Source: Blastocladiella emersonii ATCC 22665 (taxonomy: Eukaryota > Fungi > Blastocladiomycota). Taken from it: DNA of 64,000 nucleotides. Numbering within the stretch: position 1 is the first letter of the stretch; every line of letters begins with the position of its first letter. The notes beneath the pieces were generated by a model, which saw only the letters and a program-made list of their open reading frames with translations, was not told where the DNA came from and did not search any database. Made by a program: the position numbers and the translations under genes. Below, piece by piece: positions 42,069 to 57,146 of the stretch. The DNA lies in contig JANHCV010000014.1 in NCBI GenBank assembly GCA_025594325.1, positions 372,001 to 436,000 of the forward strand. The letters run 5' to 3'.

Positions 42069-43341
42069 ATGAACTCTGAAGCAACCACTAGCAACGCCGC
42101 CCCCGCCTACCGCCCGTCCGAGCACGGCATGGTCACCGCCGACTTTGTCGCCGACTTTCTCGACGCCCTGTCCGACGGCGAGGCTTCGGACGACGACCCC
42201 GACGAACCCACCGCCACCCCCACCAAACCCGCTGGACCCAAATACGTCGCCCTGCTCGCGACCGAGGGCCACTTCGCGTCGTCGTGGTTCCCGGGCACCG
42301 CCGACCCCGCGCTCCTCGCCTTGCGCGTCGCCGAGCAGCTCGACGGCCACCCGCTTGGTCCCACGCGCGTGAAATCGACCATCGACTACCTGTACTACGC
42401 CGGGCGGCTCGCCGAGTGCGAGGCCGTGTGCTGCGCGTGGATCCGGCACGCCGGCGGGTTCGCGGATGGTTCCCCCAAAACGAAGAAGAAGGGCAAGGGC
42501 CAGCGCGTCACGGCGTACCGCGACGTCGCCGAGACGGGGCTCCGGTGCGCGTACCGCCTGCGCGACGAGGGGATGGCCGCGCGGCATTACCCGCTGCTGG
42601 TGCGTGCATCTGCATTGCTACTTTTTGTTGCCCGCCATCTCACCTTCCACCCCGCGCTAGACGCCCTTTGACGGCAACCTCAGCTACGTCCTCGGCACCT
42701 ACCACCTGCACTTCCCCTCCCTCAACACCCCCACCGCCCCGCACCCCGCGACCCTCGCCGCGCACCTCTGGGCGACCCACGCGTTCCGCCCCTCGGACCC
42801 CGCGACCTGGGACGCCCTCGCGCTACTCCTCGCCAACTCGCGCTGTTTTGGGGTTTCCCCGGTCCTCGCGACCCTCGCCCACCTCGTCGCCGCCCGTGCC
42901 GTCTCCATGCTCGACAACGCCAAGCTCGCCGCCTCGCCCACCGCGCGCGCTACCTGGGACCGCCGCCGCGCGCCGCTCGCCGCCCGGCTCGCGGGGTTGC
43001 CACCCGCGGTCAAGGTGCCCACCGTGTTCCGCGTCGGCGGCCGCCGCGTGCACGCGGTCCCGTCCCCCAAACTCGTGGCGGGCGACACCGAGATCGACGC
43101 CATGGTCGCCGAGGTGTCGGCGTGGGAGTGGACCGCGGCGGACGCCGGGTTGGGCGAGGAGGAGTGGGACACCAAGTTGCTGGCGGCCGTCTACGACGAG
43201 TGCGCCCGCGGGATCGCGCGCGCCGTGAACCCCGCGTTCTGGGCGTGTGGCCGCGCGGGGATCCTCGACGTTGCGGTTGGGGTGCAGGCGAGTGTCGTGG
43301 AAGAGGAGGAGGAGGAGGAGACCGGGGTCAAGAACTTGTAA
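42069..43341 (+). CDS. Hypothetical protein, possibly helical-repeat (probable intron from 42601)
   Basis: Coding-biased ORFs 42030-42671 and 42907-43341 with a GTGCGT donor between them; divergent from RPL36. No family recognised. Confidence 0.6.
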
Positions 43342-43501
43342 AGTGATAGATTTTTTTGAAGAGCGAGCGAGTCACACGTGAGCCGGTTTCGCACATCCTC
43401 GACCGGCTGAGTCGTCGACGCGACCTTGGTCGCTTCTCCTCTCAGAGTCCGCTACGCATCAGAGGGCCTGCGACCCCACGACGCATACACTGCACGCAAC
43501 C

Positions 43502-45063
<1,562 letters not shown>

Positions 45064-45379
45064 GCTGTGCGGGTGTAGGCTGAGAATACACACGCAGGCG
45101 ACGGCTGGTATTTTTTGATGTATAACCGATCGTGGCCCGCGCGCGATACGCGGTGGGAGACACGCGGGGCGCGCGCACGCGCACGCGATATCGCGTCGCA
45201 TCGCGCCGCGCGTCGTACATCTCAGCGCGCTCGCGGACGGGGGCACGCGAGCCGTCTCCCGCCTGCGCTCCCCTGTCGGCGCGCACCGCGCTGCGATGGA
45301 CCCGGCCCGCAATTAGACGCTCCCGCTCTCGGATCGGGAGCACACTACACACTTCCCCGAGCACAACGTAGCGATCCGA

Positions 45380-48300
45380 ATGACGTCGTCGTCCAGGAGA
45401 CGGCGCTCGTCGAGCGCGGACCGCCGGCGCGGTGCAGCCGGCGCGAGCGCGAGAAGCCTGACGCGCACGCTGCTCCCCGTCAACGCCATCGAGGAGAGCG
45501 TGTTCCGCGCGGCGTACATCACGACCAGCGATAATGAGTTGCCGCCGCTGTTCTCGTGGATTCTCACGGTACGCGTGAGGTGGGGTGGTTGGGTGGTGGG
45601 GGATGAGCTGACGCGTGTGTTCGCGAGCCGTTTAGATTCTCGAAGACGTCCAGTGGCTCTCGTTCGCGTGGAACACGGAGCTCATGCACGGCGTGCCGTG
45701 GGTCCTCGCTGCCGTCATCGAGCCGACGCGGTTCCTCACGACGTATGCGAGTTTTTCGGCGGCCAACGTCGTCGGTACGTTTCCGTGATCGTGGCCATGG
45801 CCAAGCTCACCTCCCGCGTGTCATGTAGCCCTGTTCCTCGTCTTCACGGTGACCAGCCTGTTCGCGCTCGTCAGCTACTCGATGCACCAGCAAAAGAAGC
45901 TGCCGATCGCGCTGCTGCGGTTCCTGCGGGTCCTCGCCACGCTGCTCATGACCGTGTGCAGCATCCCGATCCTGACCCTGCTCGTCGGCGGGCTGCACTG
46001 CGTCGGGCCCAACGGCGGCACGCTCGCCGGGTTCAACGTGCCGTGCACGTCGGCCACGCACCTCCCGCTCCTCATCTTCGACGTCCTCGGGCTCGTCGTG
46101 TTTATCCCGCTCACGCTCACGGGCGCGCTCGTGGTACGTTCTGAGCGGGGTTTACGGCCGTGGCCATCGTGAAGTGAGCTGACACCCTCCGCATGTGTAG
46201 TTTCTCGACAACTCGCCAACCTCGTCGAGCCCACTGGCCCGCGCACACGGCCGGATCGACTTCCTGGCGATCGCGACGCGCATCGCGCTCGTCTTCCTGG
46301 ACGTGTTCCGCACTGACATCGCGGGCGACGCCGCGGGCCGCCTCGCCTTCCTGGCCCTCGCGTCCGCCGGCCTCGCGTACCTCGCCACTATCTTCGCCAG
46401 CCGCCAGCCCTACTTTTCCGCCGCTATGACCACGCTCCGTGTCGCTATGCTCGCTAGCGCGTCCGCCACGATGCTCGCTACGCTCGTTGTCCTGGCCGTC
46501 GGCGCCGGAGATGAGTGGTGGCTCGCGACCGTGCCGGTTGCGGCTGTCGCGCTGGCCGTGGGGGCCCTCGTGGCCAGGTGGTACGCGACACACTACCTCG
46601 CAAGAACGATCCGGTTCTGGCACCGCGTGTGCCGCGCCGAGGCCGGGATGAACGGCGCGGCCGAGGGCGAGGAGGCCGGGAGTTTGGGCCTCGCGGCGCT
46701 GATCCGCGAGAAGGCCGCCGAGGCCGCGGCCGCCAACGACGATGACGGCGGGGCCGGGTCAGACGAGGACGGCGGCGGCAAGCGGCTCGACGGTAGCAGC
46801 GACCCGCCGTGCCCCGTCATCCTGCACACGCGGCCGTCCGTCTCGAGCGAGGCGGGTACCACCGCTGCCGAGCACCACCACGTCCACAAACCGAACCTCC
46901 CCGCCATCGTCGCCTCGCACACGTCCCTGCGCGCACCGCCCCCGCGGTCGCCGCCGCAGCAGCGCCGGCTGTCGTCCGCGAAACTCGCGGCGGTCACGCC
47001 GCCCAACCCGCCCAAGCTCTTCTCGGACCTCCTCGCGGGGACTTCGACGGACGCGCTCAATATCATCGACGAGCGCAAGCCGCGGCACCGCACACGCGTG
47101 TTCGACTCGCCGCTACAAGTCGAAGCGTGTCTCCGCTTCCTGCGCAAGAACCCGACCCCGCGGCAAGTCGCCCTCGGGCTCCAGCTCCTCGACCGCGGCC
47201 TCCTCGAGTTCCCGCACGACCCGCTCCTGCAGCTCCTCGCGGCCACGTACCTCGCGGCGTACTACGCGGCCGACGGCGGGACCGCGGCTGCGGCGGACCT
47301 GCTCCGCGAGTTGCGCTCCAGCACCGCCACCGCCAACGGCAAGCCCGGCAACCCCCACGGTGGCCGCCGCCGTCGCGTGCCCATGGACGTCCGGTTCCTC
47401 GTATACGCGTACGACCGCGCCTCTCGCGCCGAGGGCGCACACGTGCTCGACCGCGCGGCGCGGGACGCGCTCGCCCGCGACGCGGCCGAGAGCCATATCG
47501 CGGCGCTCGCGGCGCTGCGCGATTTCTGGGACGCGGTGCGCAACGCGGCGCCCGTGGCCGCGCTCGCGCTCGTGATTGAGCGGCTCGCGGTCGCGCAGGC
47601 CAGGGCGGGCGAGACGTACGTGCTCCTCCTCGAGAAGCACAGGGATAAGAACGTGCTCCGCGCGTACGCGCAGTTCCTCGGGTCCGTCGCGGCGGACCAG
47701 GTGCGCGCGGCGCAGATCCTCGAGGTCGCGGATGAGATTGAGCAGCAGGAGACGCGCGCGAGGACGGCGATGGGGAGCCAGGGTGGCGGGGCCGGGGCGG
47801 GTGGAAGGACGGAGCCGTGGACGCGGTCGACGGGCTCGCTCAACCACGGGCCGCTCGCGGGCCGGATCGCGACGACGGGCGGGTCGCTCCCCAAGGTGTC
47901 GCCCTCCTCCGCGAACGGTCCATCGAGCTCCGCCGACCGCCTCGCGCCGCTCCCGCCGCGCGCCGCCGCGGCCCTGGTGCGCACCGACGGCCCGTCGCCG
48001 CCGCCGCCGCCGAGCGAGCTGTCCGCGCGCCCGCGCGCCGCGTCGTTTGCGCAGGTCGACACGTACTTCCCGCCGCACGACGGGTCGGGCGAGCCGCATC
48101 CCGCCGAGCTGTCGTACGAGGCCGGGTCGCACACGCTGCGCGAGTACGCGGCCTCGGCGGGGTCGGGGACCTCGTCGTCGCGCGCGTCGCGGCAGCGGAC
48201 ACACGCGCGGCGGATGCTCCTGGAGCGCGTGTCCCGCCCGCTGCACCAGGCGTGGCGCGTGGCCGTGGCAAGTTTTCTGTTCCTCGCGTCGGTCGCCGCC

Positions 48301-50071
48301 GGGTTCGCAACGTGCTGGGCGTTCTTCAAGTCGACGGGGTTCGTCCTCGACACGTACTCGGCGGTGCGCAGCGCGCGCACGGCCTCGCTGCTGATTGTCG
48401 AGATGGTGAGGACCATGGTGTACGCGAACGTGGTGGCGAGCCCGACCAAGTTCGCGACCGCGCTCAACTCGCTCAAGACGTCGGGCCTGCCCGTCGTCAC
48501 CAACGGTCTGCCCGTCCTCGCGCAGCTCGAGGCGTCAACGGCTGCCTCCGGGCTCGCGTCCGCCAAGTTCCGCGTGTACCTCGCGCGCCTCGCGCCGCCG
48601 CTGATCGCGGACATGGTGGCGGCCGACCAGACGTCGCTCGAGATCGTCAAGAGCGTGCTGACGGCCGGCAACCTCGCGCTCGCGTACCCGTACGCCGCGC
48701 TGACGCCCGACGTGTTCGCGACGATCCCAACCTTCCGGTTCATCACCGACAACCTGGTCCCCGTGTTCGGCGCGATCCGCACGCTGTCGCAGGGCAGCAT
48801 CACGCAGTACTTTGTCCTCGTCGAGAACGCGACCAACCAGATCGCCGCGTGCCTGACGGCGAGTCTGGTGTTGCTGGTCGTCGTCGTCGCCGTGTTCCAC
48901 CACTCGGTCGTCCTCCGCTTCTTCGCCAACGAGTCCCGCGTGCTCCGCCTCGTCCGCGCCCTCCCGCGTAGTGCGGCGAGCGCCATGCTCACGCAGGTCG
49001 AGGAGGAGATGGAGACGTTCCGCGAGGTCGCCCTGGGTGACGACGACGATGACGATCCGGGGATCCCTGCGGCCAGCGTCGACTACCGCGTCGGCGGGTC
49101 GGGCTCGGGCGCCGGCGGTAGTGGCGGTGGGGGTAGCGGCGGCGGCGCGCCGGGCAACGGCCAGCGCAGCCGCAAGTACCAGCTCGTGACGCTCGGCGCA
49201 GCGACGGTCGCCGCGGCCGTGGTCGCCGGCATGTTCGCGGTCCCGCTCCAGTCCATGTCGCTCCAGATGGACATGCAGCGGCTCATGTGGTCGTCGGAGC
49301 GCCGGTTCAATACCATCACGTCCCGGGTGCTCTCGCTCGAGTACTTTTCGACCCAGTCGCCGATCCAGAACTGTACGTCATGGTGGCGATGAGACTTTCC
49401 GCGAAAGCTGACCATGGCCTGTGTGTGTAGTGACGCTCGTCGGGTACATGCGCTCGGCCGTGTACGACCTGGCTGCGAACCACAAGAACCTGCTCGACGA
49501 CACGAACGGGCTCCAAGTCTCCCTTCCCGCGCACACCGTGTGGCCGCGCGACTGCGTCGGGACCCCGACCCTGTGCCCAGGCGTGACGGACCAGCCCGAG
49601 ATCGGGTGGACGCGCGCCGTGGCGTCGCAGCCCATGGACACGGAGATCTCGCAGTTCATTGACGTCCTGACGCGCGTTGGCGACGCCATGGCCAACTCGG
49701 CCACGGTCCCGCGCGACACCAACGGCACCGCGGCGCGCAGCTGGCAGCTCGCCCTCGCCATGTCGACGGACGTGCAGAACCGGCTCACGGCGATCCACAC
49801 GGCGATCAAGGACATGATGGCGGCGCGCGTCGCCGACAGTATGGCCGTCACGGCGGCCATGTTCGGCGCCGCGTGTATCGTGTCGTGCGCGGGACTCGTC
49901 GGCGTGTACCTGGGCATCGTCGTGCGGCTCCGCCGCGAGGCTGTCGCGCTGACGGCCGTCCTGTACCTGATCCCGCCCGCGGTCGTCGCCAAGGACGCGC
50001 CGGGGCTCGCGAAGTTGTTGGAGAGCGGCGGCGCGCAGCTCGAGCTGTCGGGCAACTCGGACGATGTCTAG
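45380..50071 (+). CDS. TmcB/TmcC (tiny macrocysts)-like multi-pass membrane protein with TPR-like region (multi-exon)
   Basis: N-terminal TM bundle; GLQLLDRGLLEFPHDP, MDVRF, YVLLLEKH...VLRAYAQFL; repeated TM plus extracellular module; ends LYLIPPAVV...LLESGG. Confidence 0.68.
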
Positions 50072-50128
50072 CTTTAGGTATCCATATTTTTATAGGGTCA
50101 AAACTGTATTACACACTCACCCAAATCG

Positions 50129-52652
50129 CTACTCGTTGAGCCCGAGCGCCTGCCACATGCGCCAGATCGACACGTCCCCGGGCTCGCGCTCCTCGGCCTG
50201 CTGCTGCAGGAGCTCGTGGATGCTATCGCGCGGGACCCCGTCCCCCTCCACCGCCTGCGCCGCGATGGCGCGCGGGAGCGGCGGGACCGGCGGCGGCGGC
50301 ATCGCCTCATGCACCTTTGGTGCGTTCGGGAACAGCATGCTCGCGCGCCGGTTGACCCCGACCACGCTCATCCGCGACCCGAGCGCGCTCCCCGTGGCCT
50401 GCGGCCCGGGCACCGGCAGCGGCATCGCGAGGAACATCATCGAGTCGCGCCGGTTGAGCGAGCTGAGCCCGAGCGTGCCGAGCGTGAACGACGGGCCCGA
50501 CGATGCCGACGGGATCTGCGGCGCGCCCGCACTCCGCGGACCCGATGCCGCGGGCGCGGACCGCTGCCCCGGCGGTGGCGGGTACCCGTGCGGCCCCGCG
50601 TTCGCGACCGCCGTGTTGATCGGCTGCAGCACCGGCGGACGCAGCGACTCGGCGCGCGGTGGGTAGTACCCGAGTGGGGCCGCAGCGGCGGTCTTGCTGC
50701 TGCTGTCGATCGACGGGCCCGTTCCGTTGGGCGCGGTGCGCGTGGAGGCGGCGGCGGTGGGCTGCTGGGTGTCCACGCCGATCAGCGACGACGTGCGCTT
50801 CGGGTGTGCGGCGGCGAACGGCGCGTTGGGCGCGGACCGGCGCCGCGGGACGACGGGCGGCATGGCGGGGTCGTTTGTCGAAGTGTCGACGACGCCCGAA
50901 TCCGCGGGCACCCCACCGACCGGCCTTCCCGCTGGCGGCGGTGGTGGCCGCGCACCCGCGTTGACAAGGTGCGGCGGAACGACCTGGACCGCGCGCTGCT
51001 GGTTCTTGGGCGGCGGCGGGAGCCGGATCGGTTTCGGCGCGCGGACGCGGCGGCGCGTCGGGATCGGCGCCGTCGGCAGCTGCTCGGTGAAGATCGGGAA
51101 GAAGAGTTTGAAGGGGACGCCTGACGGCGGGCGCAGGTTCGCCGAAGAGCCGGGCACGACGGCGGCCCAGTGGCGCAGCTCCGGTTTCGCGGTGGGGGCG
51201 GGGACGCGCGCCGAGGGCACCGGTCGGCTCGCGGCGGGGAGCACCATGCTGTCCGTGTTCCCCGGCGCGCCGCCGGGACCGCTGCCGGACGCGTGGTGGT
51301 GGTGGTGGAGAGGTAGGCAGCCGTGCATGACAGCGGCGCGCGCAGCCGACGGGAGACACGACGGGTCCGAGTCGGCGCGCGGAGGGACACTGACAAGGTG
51401 CGGGCGGCCCGCGGCCGGGTCGGGCGTGCCCCCGCGCACCGGCCGCGGTGACGTGACGGTCGGCGGCGCGGCGTTGGCGGCGGCAGGCGGGCGAGGGAGC
51501 GGGCGGTTCGGCACGAGCTGCGGTCGGCCATGGGCGGCGGAATCGTCGGACGCCACGCGCTGGCGAGGTTGTGGTTGGTGTGGTGGCGGCGCGGACGCGT
51601 TGCCCGGGTACAGCGTGCACGCGCTGTCGATGCCCTCGTCGACGGACGAGGTGTCGCCCGGCGCGGCGGCGGAGGGGCGAGCAAACGGTTTTGGAACGGT
51701 TGTGGTGGTGGAGAGCGCGTCGCCGGCAGTGGCCGCGGCCGCGGCCGCGGTAGGCGGGTGGTGCGCCGAGCGGGCGGCCGGGCGTGGTGGGACTGGCGGC
51801 ACGATGGTGGGTCCAGACGGAGCAGCAGCAGCGGCGCCTGTTGGTGGCGCGGGGGTGCGGCCAATCGCGCGGCGCTGCTGGGCGGCAAAGTGGAGGACAA
51901 AGGTCCACATCTCGAACTCGGCCTCGGACTTGGTCTTGACCACGTAGTTGCGGCCGTGGACCGTCGAGATGGTGAAGATGAGCGGGTTGCGGGCGGTGCG
52001 GCGCGCGGCGCCCACGGCAGCGGGGTCGCCCAGCGGCGCCGACAGCTTCAGGATGTAGGCGGCGGGGACGGTCCAGATGGGCAGCTGGTAGTACTTGGCC
52101 TTGCACGGCACCGTCTGCGGCGGCGGGGTGTCGTCGTCCACGTCCTCGAGGTGGTACGACCCCGACGACGACATGAGCTCGTTCCCCGCCTGCACGCTCG
52201 CCCAGTACTGCATCCAGTTCTCGGGGGTCGCGAGCAGCGGCGACGAGATCATGGGCGTCACCAGCAGGTCGCCGCGCGCTAGCGAGAAGCCGCGCTTGCC
52301 CGGCAGCGTGGCGGCGCCCTCGAACGACGGCGGCTCCTGGTCGAACGGCACATGCGCGGCGACGTGGTTCGGCGGGTCGATGTCGAGGCGGCCGTCGGCG
52401 GGCGTCTTCTTGTCCTCGAGGCAGACGAGCAGGGTCCCTGAGTGCGAGAGCAATGATCAGCACTGAAGCAGGTAAGCAGGTGTGGCGGCGGCAGCCCACC
52501 AAAACCATACCGTCGAAGCGCAGCTCCTTCTTGACCCACTTCTTGGTGCGTGCGCCCGTCAGGAACGAGTTGGACCCGACGAGGATGAAGACCTCGGAGA
52601 TGAGCACCGGGTTGACGATGCGGCGCAGCTCGCCCGTCTCGTTGGCGACCAT
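50129..52652 (-). CDS. PH-domain protein with long Pro/Ala-rich C-terminus (one intron near 52440-52510)
   Basis: KKWVKKELRFD / GTLLVCLED; FTISTVHGRNYVVKTKSEAEFEMWTFVL. Confidence 0.75.
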
Positions 52653-53418
52653 CTTGCTGGTCGGAACGGTTTATTCGGCGTGGGCGGCGATCACTCCCGG
52701 AGGCGGTGGAGACGGTTGCGCCGAGTCAGATGCATGCAGTCGCGCGGACTGGTTGATGATGATGAAGCGAGGGACTCGCCGTCGACGAGCATGGCGGAAT
52801 CCAGCGCGGTGGGTGGCGGAGCACCCGCCATCTATTTCCGGGAAGATCGGCCCTAGCGCACGTGCTGCGCCGCACGCCGCGTCGCGCTCGCCCGAACAAG
52901 CAAGCCGCGCGAGTGGTTCAAACCGCACATGACAGACGTTTCACCTTCCGCACGCGGAGCGGCGCGTCGGATCAGACTTGCCATCACCATCACATCACAC
53001 GGTACGACGCGTCGCAACTTCAGACTTGCAGGCCTGCGACACGCAGAGTCTGCTCACGGCAGATTGTGCTCTTGGTGCCCTCACCGAACGCAGGCGTCAC
53101 GACGAACGAGGTGAGCATAACCTTGACATTTATGAATCTTGCTTCATGCACATGGTTCACAAAATTACTCTGTGACCTGCGAGACATCACATGATATCTC
53201 GACGGGTCCAATTGTTCCTCGGCCCTAGGCCGTGCGCGGAGCCACGAAAATTTGCCAGCCCAATAAGAGCACGAACTGAGCGTCGGCACGTCCGGTCAAC
53301 CGCTACGCTTGTGCGTTGGCGTCCTCCGCCCCGCGCGAGGCAACGCGTGGTTGGGAAAATCAAAAACTATATTCCTGGATTGTGAGGCTTAAAGACCATC
53401 TTCAACATCAGGAACGAT

Positions 53419-54576
53419 ATGGCCTTCGGTTTTCTGGTTCATAACCTGAAAGAAAACCGCTTCCAGCATGTCGGGGTTTGTGGGCAGTCCGTTTTCAAGG
53501 CATTTGTAGACTGCCGAGTCCTTGGCTTTGAGGCCAAGGAGCCACTGGTTGACATGCCCTCGTGGATGGCTCTGTTCGGTGAACGTGATCCGCTCACCGC
53601 TTTGGCCAACTTTGGGAAGCTCCTTGAGCTCGCGGTCGCACTTTCTGTCGACCCTTGCGCCCTGCTGGACGATTCCGAGTGTCTTATCGCTTTGTCACGG
53701 CTGGATATTCTAAATGACGTGCTTTACCTTGTCGGCGCACACACGAGCCCGCTCCGCATCTTCCAAACTTGCGCCTGGCGATCAATGTTTAGCGCTCACT
53801 GGGATGTTGCAGTGACGTTTGCCCCGCTCCTCATCGCCCTTCTCTGTGACGCCAGGACGTCAACTGAGACGCTCGAGTTTCTTGCGCAGGACAGCCGAAT
53901 GATCCAGTTCGACTTGCTGCTCCTCCCTGAAGTCCGCGGCGCTCCCAGACTCTTGCGTTGGAACGTTGACGCGTTCATGTCCAGCTTGCCTCGTCACAAT
54001 CAACTACGCAACACCTCGCCCGTGCCTTCAACAGGGTGGCGGCGGCCGCCTGCCGAGCTCCCAGACTCGACCTGGAAGCCATGGCAGTACGCGATTCACA
54101 CCGTGCTGACCAAGGTTGCTGGCTTCCGAATTGTGGACGTCGCGATTGCCTATCAAGTGCGCGACGTGCTGTTCTCAAGCGAGGCGCTACTGATGGCCGA
54201 CTTTTTGCGCCGCGGCGAGCTTGCCAGCCGCACCCGCGGGCCCAGGTTCAATGTTGCATGAATCATCGAGCGGCTGCACCGCGCAGCTCCCGCGGTCCTC
54301 GTCAATGACCTCGTGCGGCTGCGCGTGACGAGTCCGCGGCACATCTGGCGCATGATCCCGCCTGGCGCGCTTGTGGGCGTGCGCTCGCCGACGTGGGTCT
54401 TCGCGGCCGTATGCGTGGTCTTTGACAACGCGCGCTTGACCGAGTCTACACGGCGCGAATCCTTGCACCAAATTGTGGCAGCCGCAGGCGGTCTTGCGCG
54501 GACCGCCAAGTTCCGCAACATGGTGAGCGCTGAGTGCGAGTGGCGCAAGCTTCCTGTTCCTGACCTCGCTCAGTAA
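53419..54576 (+). pseudogene. Lineage-specific hypothetical gene with in-frame TGA at 54259-54261
   Basis: 280-aa ORF continues in the same frame into ORF 54313-54576; lower-GC codon usage; no family recognised. Confidence 0.45.
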
Positions 54577-54726
54577 AATTTCGTTGATAAAACAAAGAGT
54601 TTCCATAGTCCGACTGATGGTCGTCGCGAGGATGGCAACGACGCGTCGGGCTTGAGCTGGCTTCAAGCTGAGGCGGCGGCTTGGTCCGTTCTTGCTCTCG
54701 AGTCAATGTCACTCTGATGGAATAAC

Positions 54727-56052
54727 ATGGATCCGGACGATTTAACTTCTTGCAAAGCCTTATGTACCTCGATGCCAAGCGCTTCGCCAGGTTTCGCAAG
54801 CCTTCCCGTGGATATCGTCTCAGTAGTCCTGCAGCTTGCTGTTCCGCGCTCTCGACTCACGCTCGCGACCCGTGAGTTCGCTGAAGTTGCTGCTTTAACT
54901 TCTACTCAATGGATTTGGCGCTGCACCGTCCTGCTGCAGCCTAATTTGTGCGGCTGGGACCGAGGCAAGGTGTTCAGCGGCAGCTTGACGCTCGACGACC
55001 CGATGCCACTCACGCCTTACTTGCGCTACCTTGCTTGCACCGAGGCTACTGCTGCCGCTGCCCGCGACTACGACTGCACCCTCTGGCTTCCTCGTTCTGA
55101 CGTGTTTGATCAGAAAACGTTGACTCGCCTTCTCGCTCGACTTGCATTACAACTACCCGCCGATTTTGACGTTTACGAGGATGGTGACGACTGGAAACGT
55201 ACGCCATACGGTCAAGAAGGCGAGGATTACGTACCCAAAGTCTCACCCATCAAGAACTTTTACCTCGCCTACCAACTCGCTTTCTACCTTGTCGCTGTTG
55301 GCAAGGAAGCTGAGCTGACACTCGTCCTCGGCTCAATGACCCGCGATTTTTTCAACGAGCATACGCTCACACTTGACGAATGGGTCAGCTTGGACGTGGA
55401 GTGGCGCAAGGACGTCCAGTGGGCATACGCAGATCATAGCGGCCCCGACAATCCGTATAATGCTTTCCCGCCCGATGCCAGAGTTTCCTTTGTCGAATAC
55501 CTCGCGCTTGCGTGCATGAAATGGTGGCGCCCCGAAATACTTCCTGTTGTGGCGAAGCCAGAGTACACTTTTGATCGCGCCAAGTTCGGCGACATGTTTA
55601 TTCGGCACAATCAGTTCAAGCTCGCACCAGCGGCCTGCCACGCCTCGCTCGCGACCAATCTCATTGTGTCGACAATCCAGCTCTACTTCTGCGAGCTCGG
55701 CGGGATCCACTATCTCAGCGGTGTCTGTCGATCAGTCGCATACCTCTTCCGCAAACGGTGCAGCGCCTCAACACTCTTGGAACTCATTCGCGTGTTTGAC
55801 TTCCACCGCATCCATCGCGAAGTTGAGGGCTCCTTCACTCGAAACGGAATAAGTGAGGTTATGGCGCTCCGTCGAGTTATCAATTTCCTCAAAACGGAAC
55901 ACGTCAAGGATCACGAGGAGACGCTGCTTTCGCTCGCTCAGCACGGGCTCCTTGGAACCGGGCACTGTGCTAAGCTTCAACCCGTCTTTCCTGACTGGCC
56001 CTGGGATGCGATCCTACTACTCAGATGGCTGAGCGCTGGTTCATCGTTCTGA
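54727..56052 (+). CDS. Lineage-specific protein with F-box-like N-terminus
   Basis: 441-aa ORF in lower-GC DNA; FASLPVDIVSVVLQLA. Confidence 0.65.
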   Translation: MDPDDLTSCKALCTSMPSASPGFASLPVDIVSVVLQLAVPRSRLTLATREFAEVAALTSTQWIWRCTVLLQPNLCGWDRGKVFSGSLTLDDPMPLTPYLRYLACTEATAAAARDYDCTLWLPRSDVFDQKTLTRLLARLALQLPADFDVYEDGDDWKRTPYGQEGEDYVPKVSPIKNFYLAYQLAFYLVAVGKEAELTLVLGSMTRDFFNEHTLTLDEWVSLDVEWRKDVQWAYADHSGPDNPYNAFPPDARVSFVEYLALACMKWWRPEILPVVAKPEYTFDRAKFGDMFIRHNQFKLAPAACHASLATNLIVSTIQLYFCELGGIHYLSGVCRSVAYLFRKRCSASTLLELIRVFDFHRIHREVEGSFTRNGISEVMALRRVINFLKTEHVKDHEETLLSLAQHGLLGTGHCAKLQPVFPDWPWDAILLLRWLSAGSSF

Positions 56053-56133
56053 ACGCGACCCTCGGCTCGGTGGAGTCAGTTTCGTAATCGATTCAAGTCA
56101 TATTGTCGTTCTCATAACTCTCCTCTGCCCCTT

Positions 56134-57018
56134 TTATATAATAAGCTGAAGACCATTACTGAACTTCGGCAGAAACGGGCTAATGTCAGGATACTGGCCC
56201 GTCAAAGGATCCGTCACGCGTGAAAGTCCAAGCCGCTTGAGGCCCGACGGCAAGTGCGCAAAGACTGCGCCGAGTCCCACCTGGCTCAGCTCCGCGCCAT
56301 CGAGATTGAGGTGCACGAGCCGCGGCGGGATGCGCTCCATGAGCGCGGCGACACTCGCGTCGGTGACACCGGCGTAGCAGAGCTACAGCTTAAGCAACGA
56401 GGCCGGGAGATGCTCGGACAGCGTCATCACACCCTCGTCCTGGATCATGTTATGGCCGAGCAAAAGAAACTCGAGGCGCGGTGGAAGCTGTTGAGCGAGG
56501 ACGGTTGCCCCCTTGACTGTGATCATGTTTTCACGCAGATTGAGGTTGATCAGGAACGCCGGGAGATGCGGGGCCAGCTCGATTAATCCCTGTTCCCCGA
56601 GATAGCATTGTTTGAGATCCAGATTGCGCAGTCCAGGCGGCATGTGCTGCACCAGCGCGCGCGTAGGTTCGAGTGAGAGCGAGATGGGCCCAAGCGAGAG
56701 AGCCTTGAGCGCGGGCGGTAGGAAGCGTCCTGGGTATCAAGGATGTTGCTACTGAGATCAAAGTCCTCGAGGTCACACGGGAAAGGCGAAGACTCCTCGC
56801 CCGCGGCCGCGGCGCCCACACCGATCCAGTTACCCATGAGCTCGAGCTTCTTGACGGGACCCGGGGAGGCGGAGCGCGCACAGCGCGTCAAACGTGAGGT
56901 CGCAGCAAGTAAGAGTGACATACGTTACGCGAGACTCGGGTGCAGCCATGGCATTCGCAAGCGTTGATGCGCCCGCTTCGGTGACTCGCATCCTGCGACA
57001 CAGCACCAAATCACACAA
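56134..57018 (-). pseudogene. RNI-like leucine-rich-repeat gene, disrupted
   Basis: LRNLDLKQCYLGEQG, LNLRENMITVKGA, LLLGHNMIQDEG, LNLDGAELSQ; in-frame TAG at 56383-56385 and upstream frameshifts. Confidence 0.78.
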
Positions 57019-57146
57019 GCCGTCACGAACGGAATCTAAGACCGATGCGGGGTACGCGTCGCCGGGCGGGTCGGCCCCGCGTGTCAGGGACTATACGCGT
57101 GGTAACGTTGTACATTAGTAGACTCCACGCTCTATCTTGCACAAAA

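Noticed and set aside
54259-56385. In-frame stops (TGA 54259, TAG 56383) as evidence of recoding or an alternative genetic code
   Set aside because: Core genes in the window end normally at TAA, TAG and TGA, and the LRR gene also has frameshifts; pseudogenisation is simpler.
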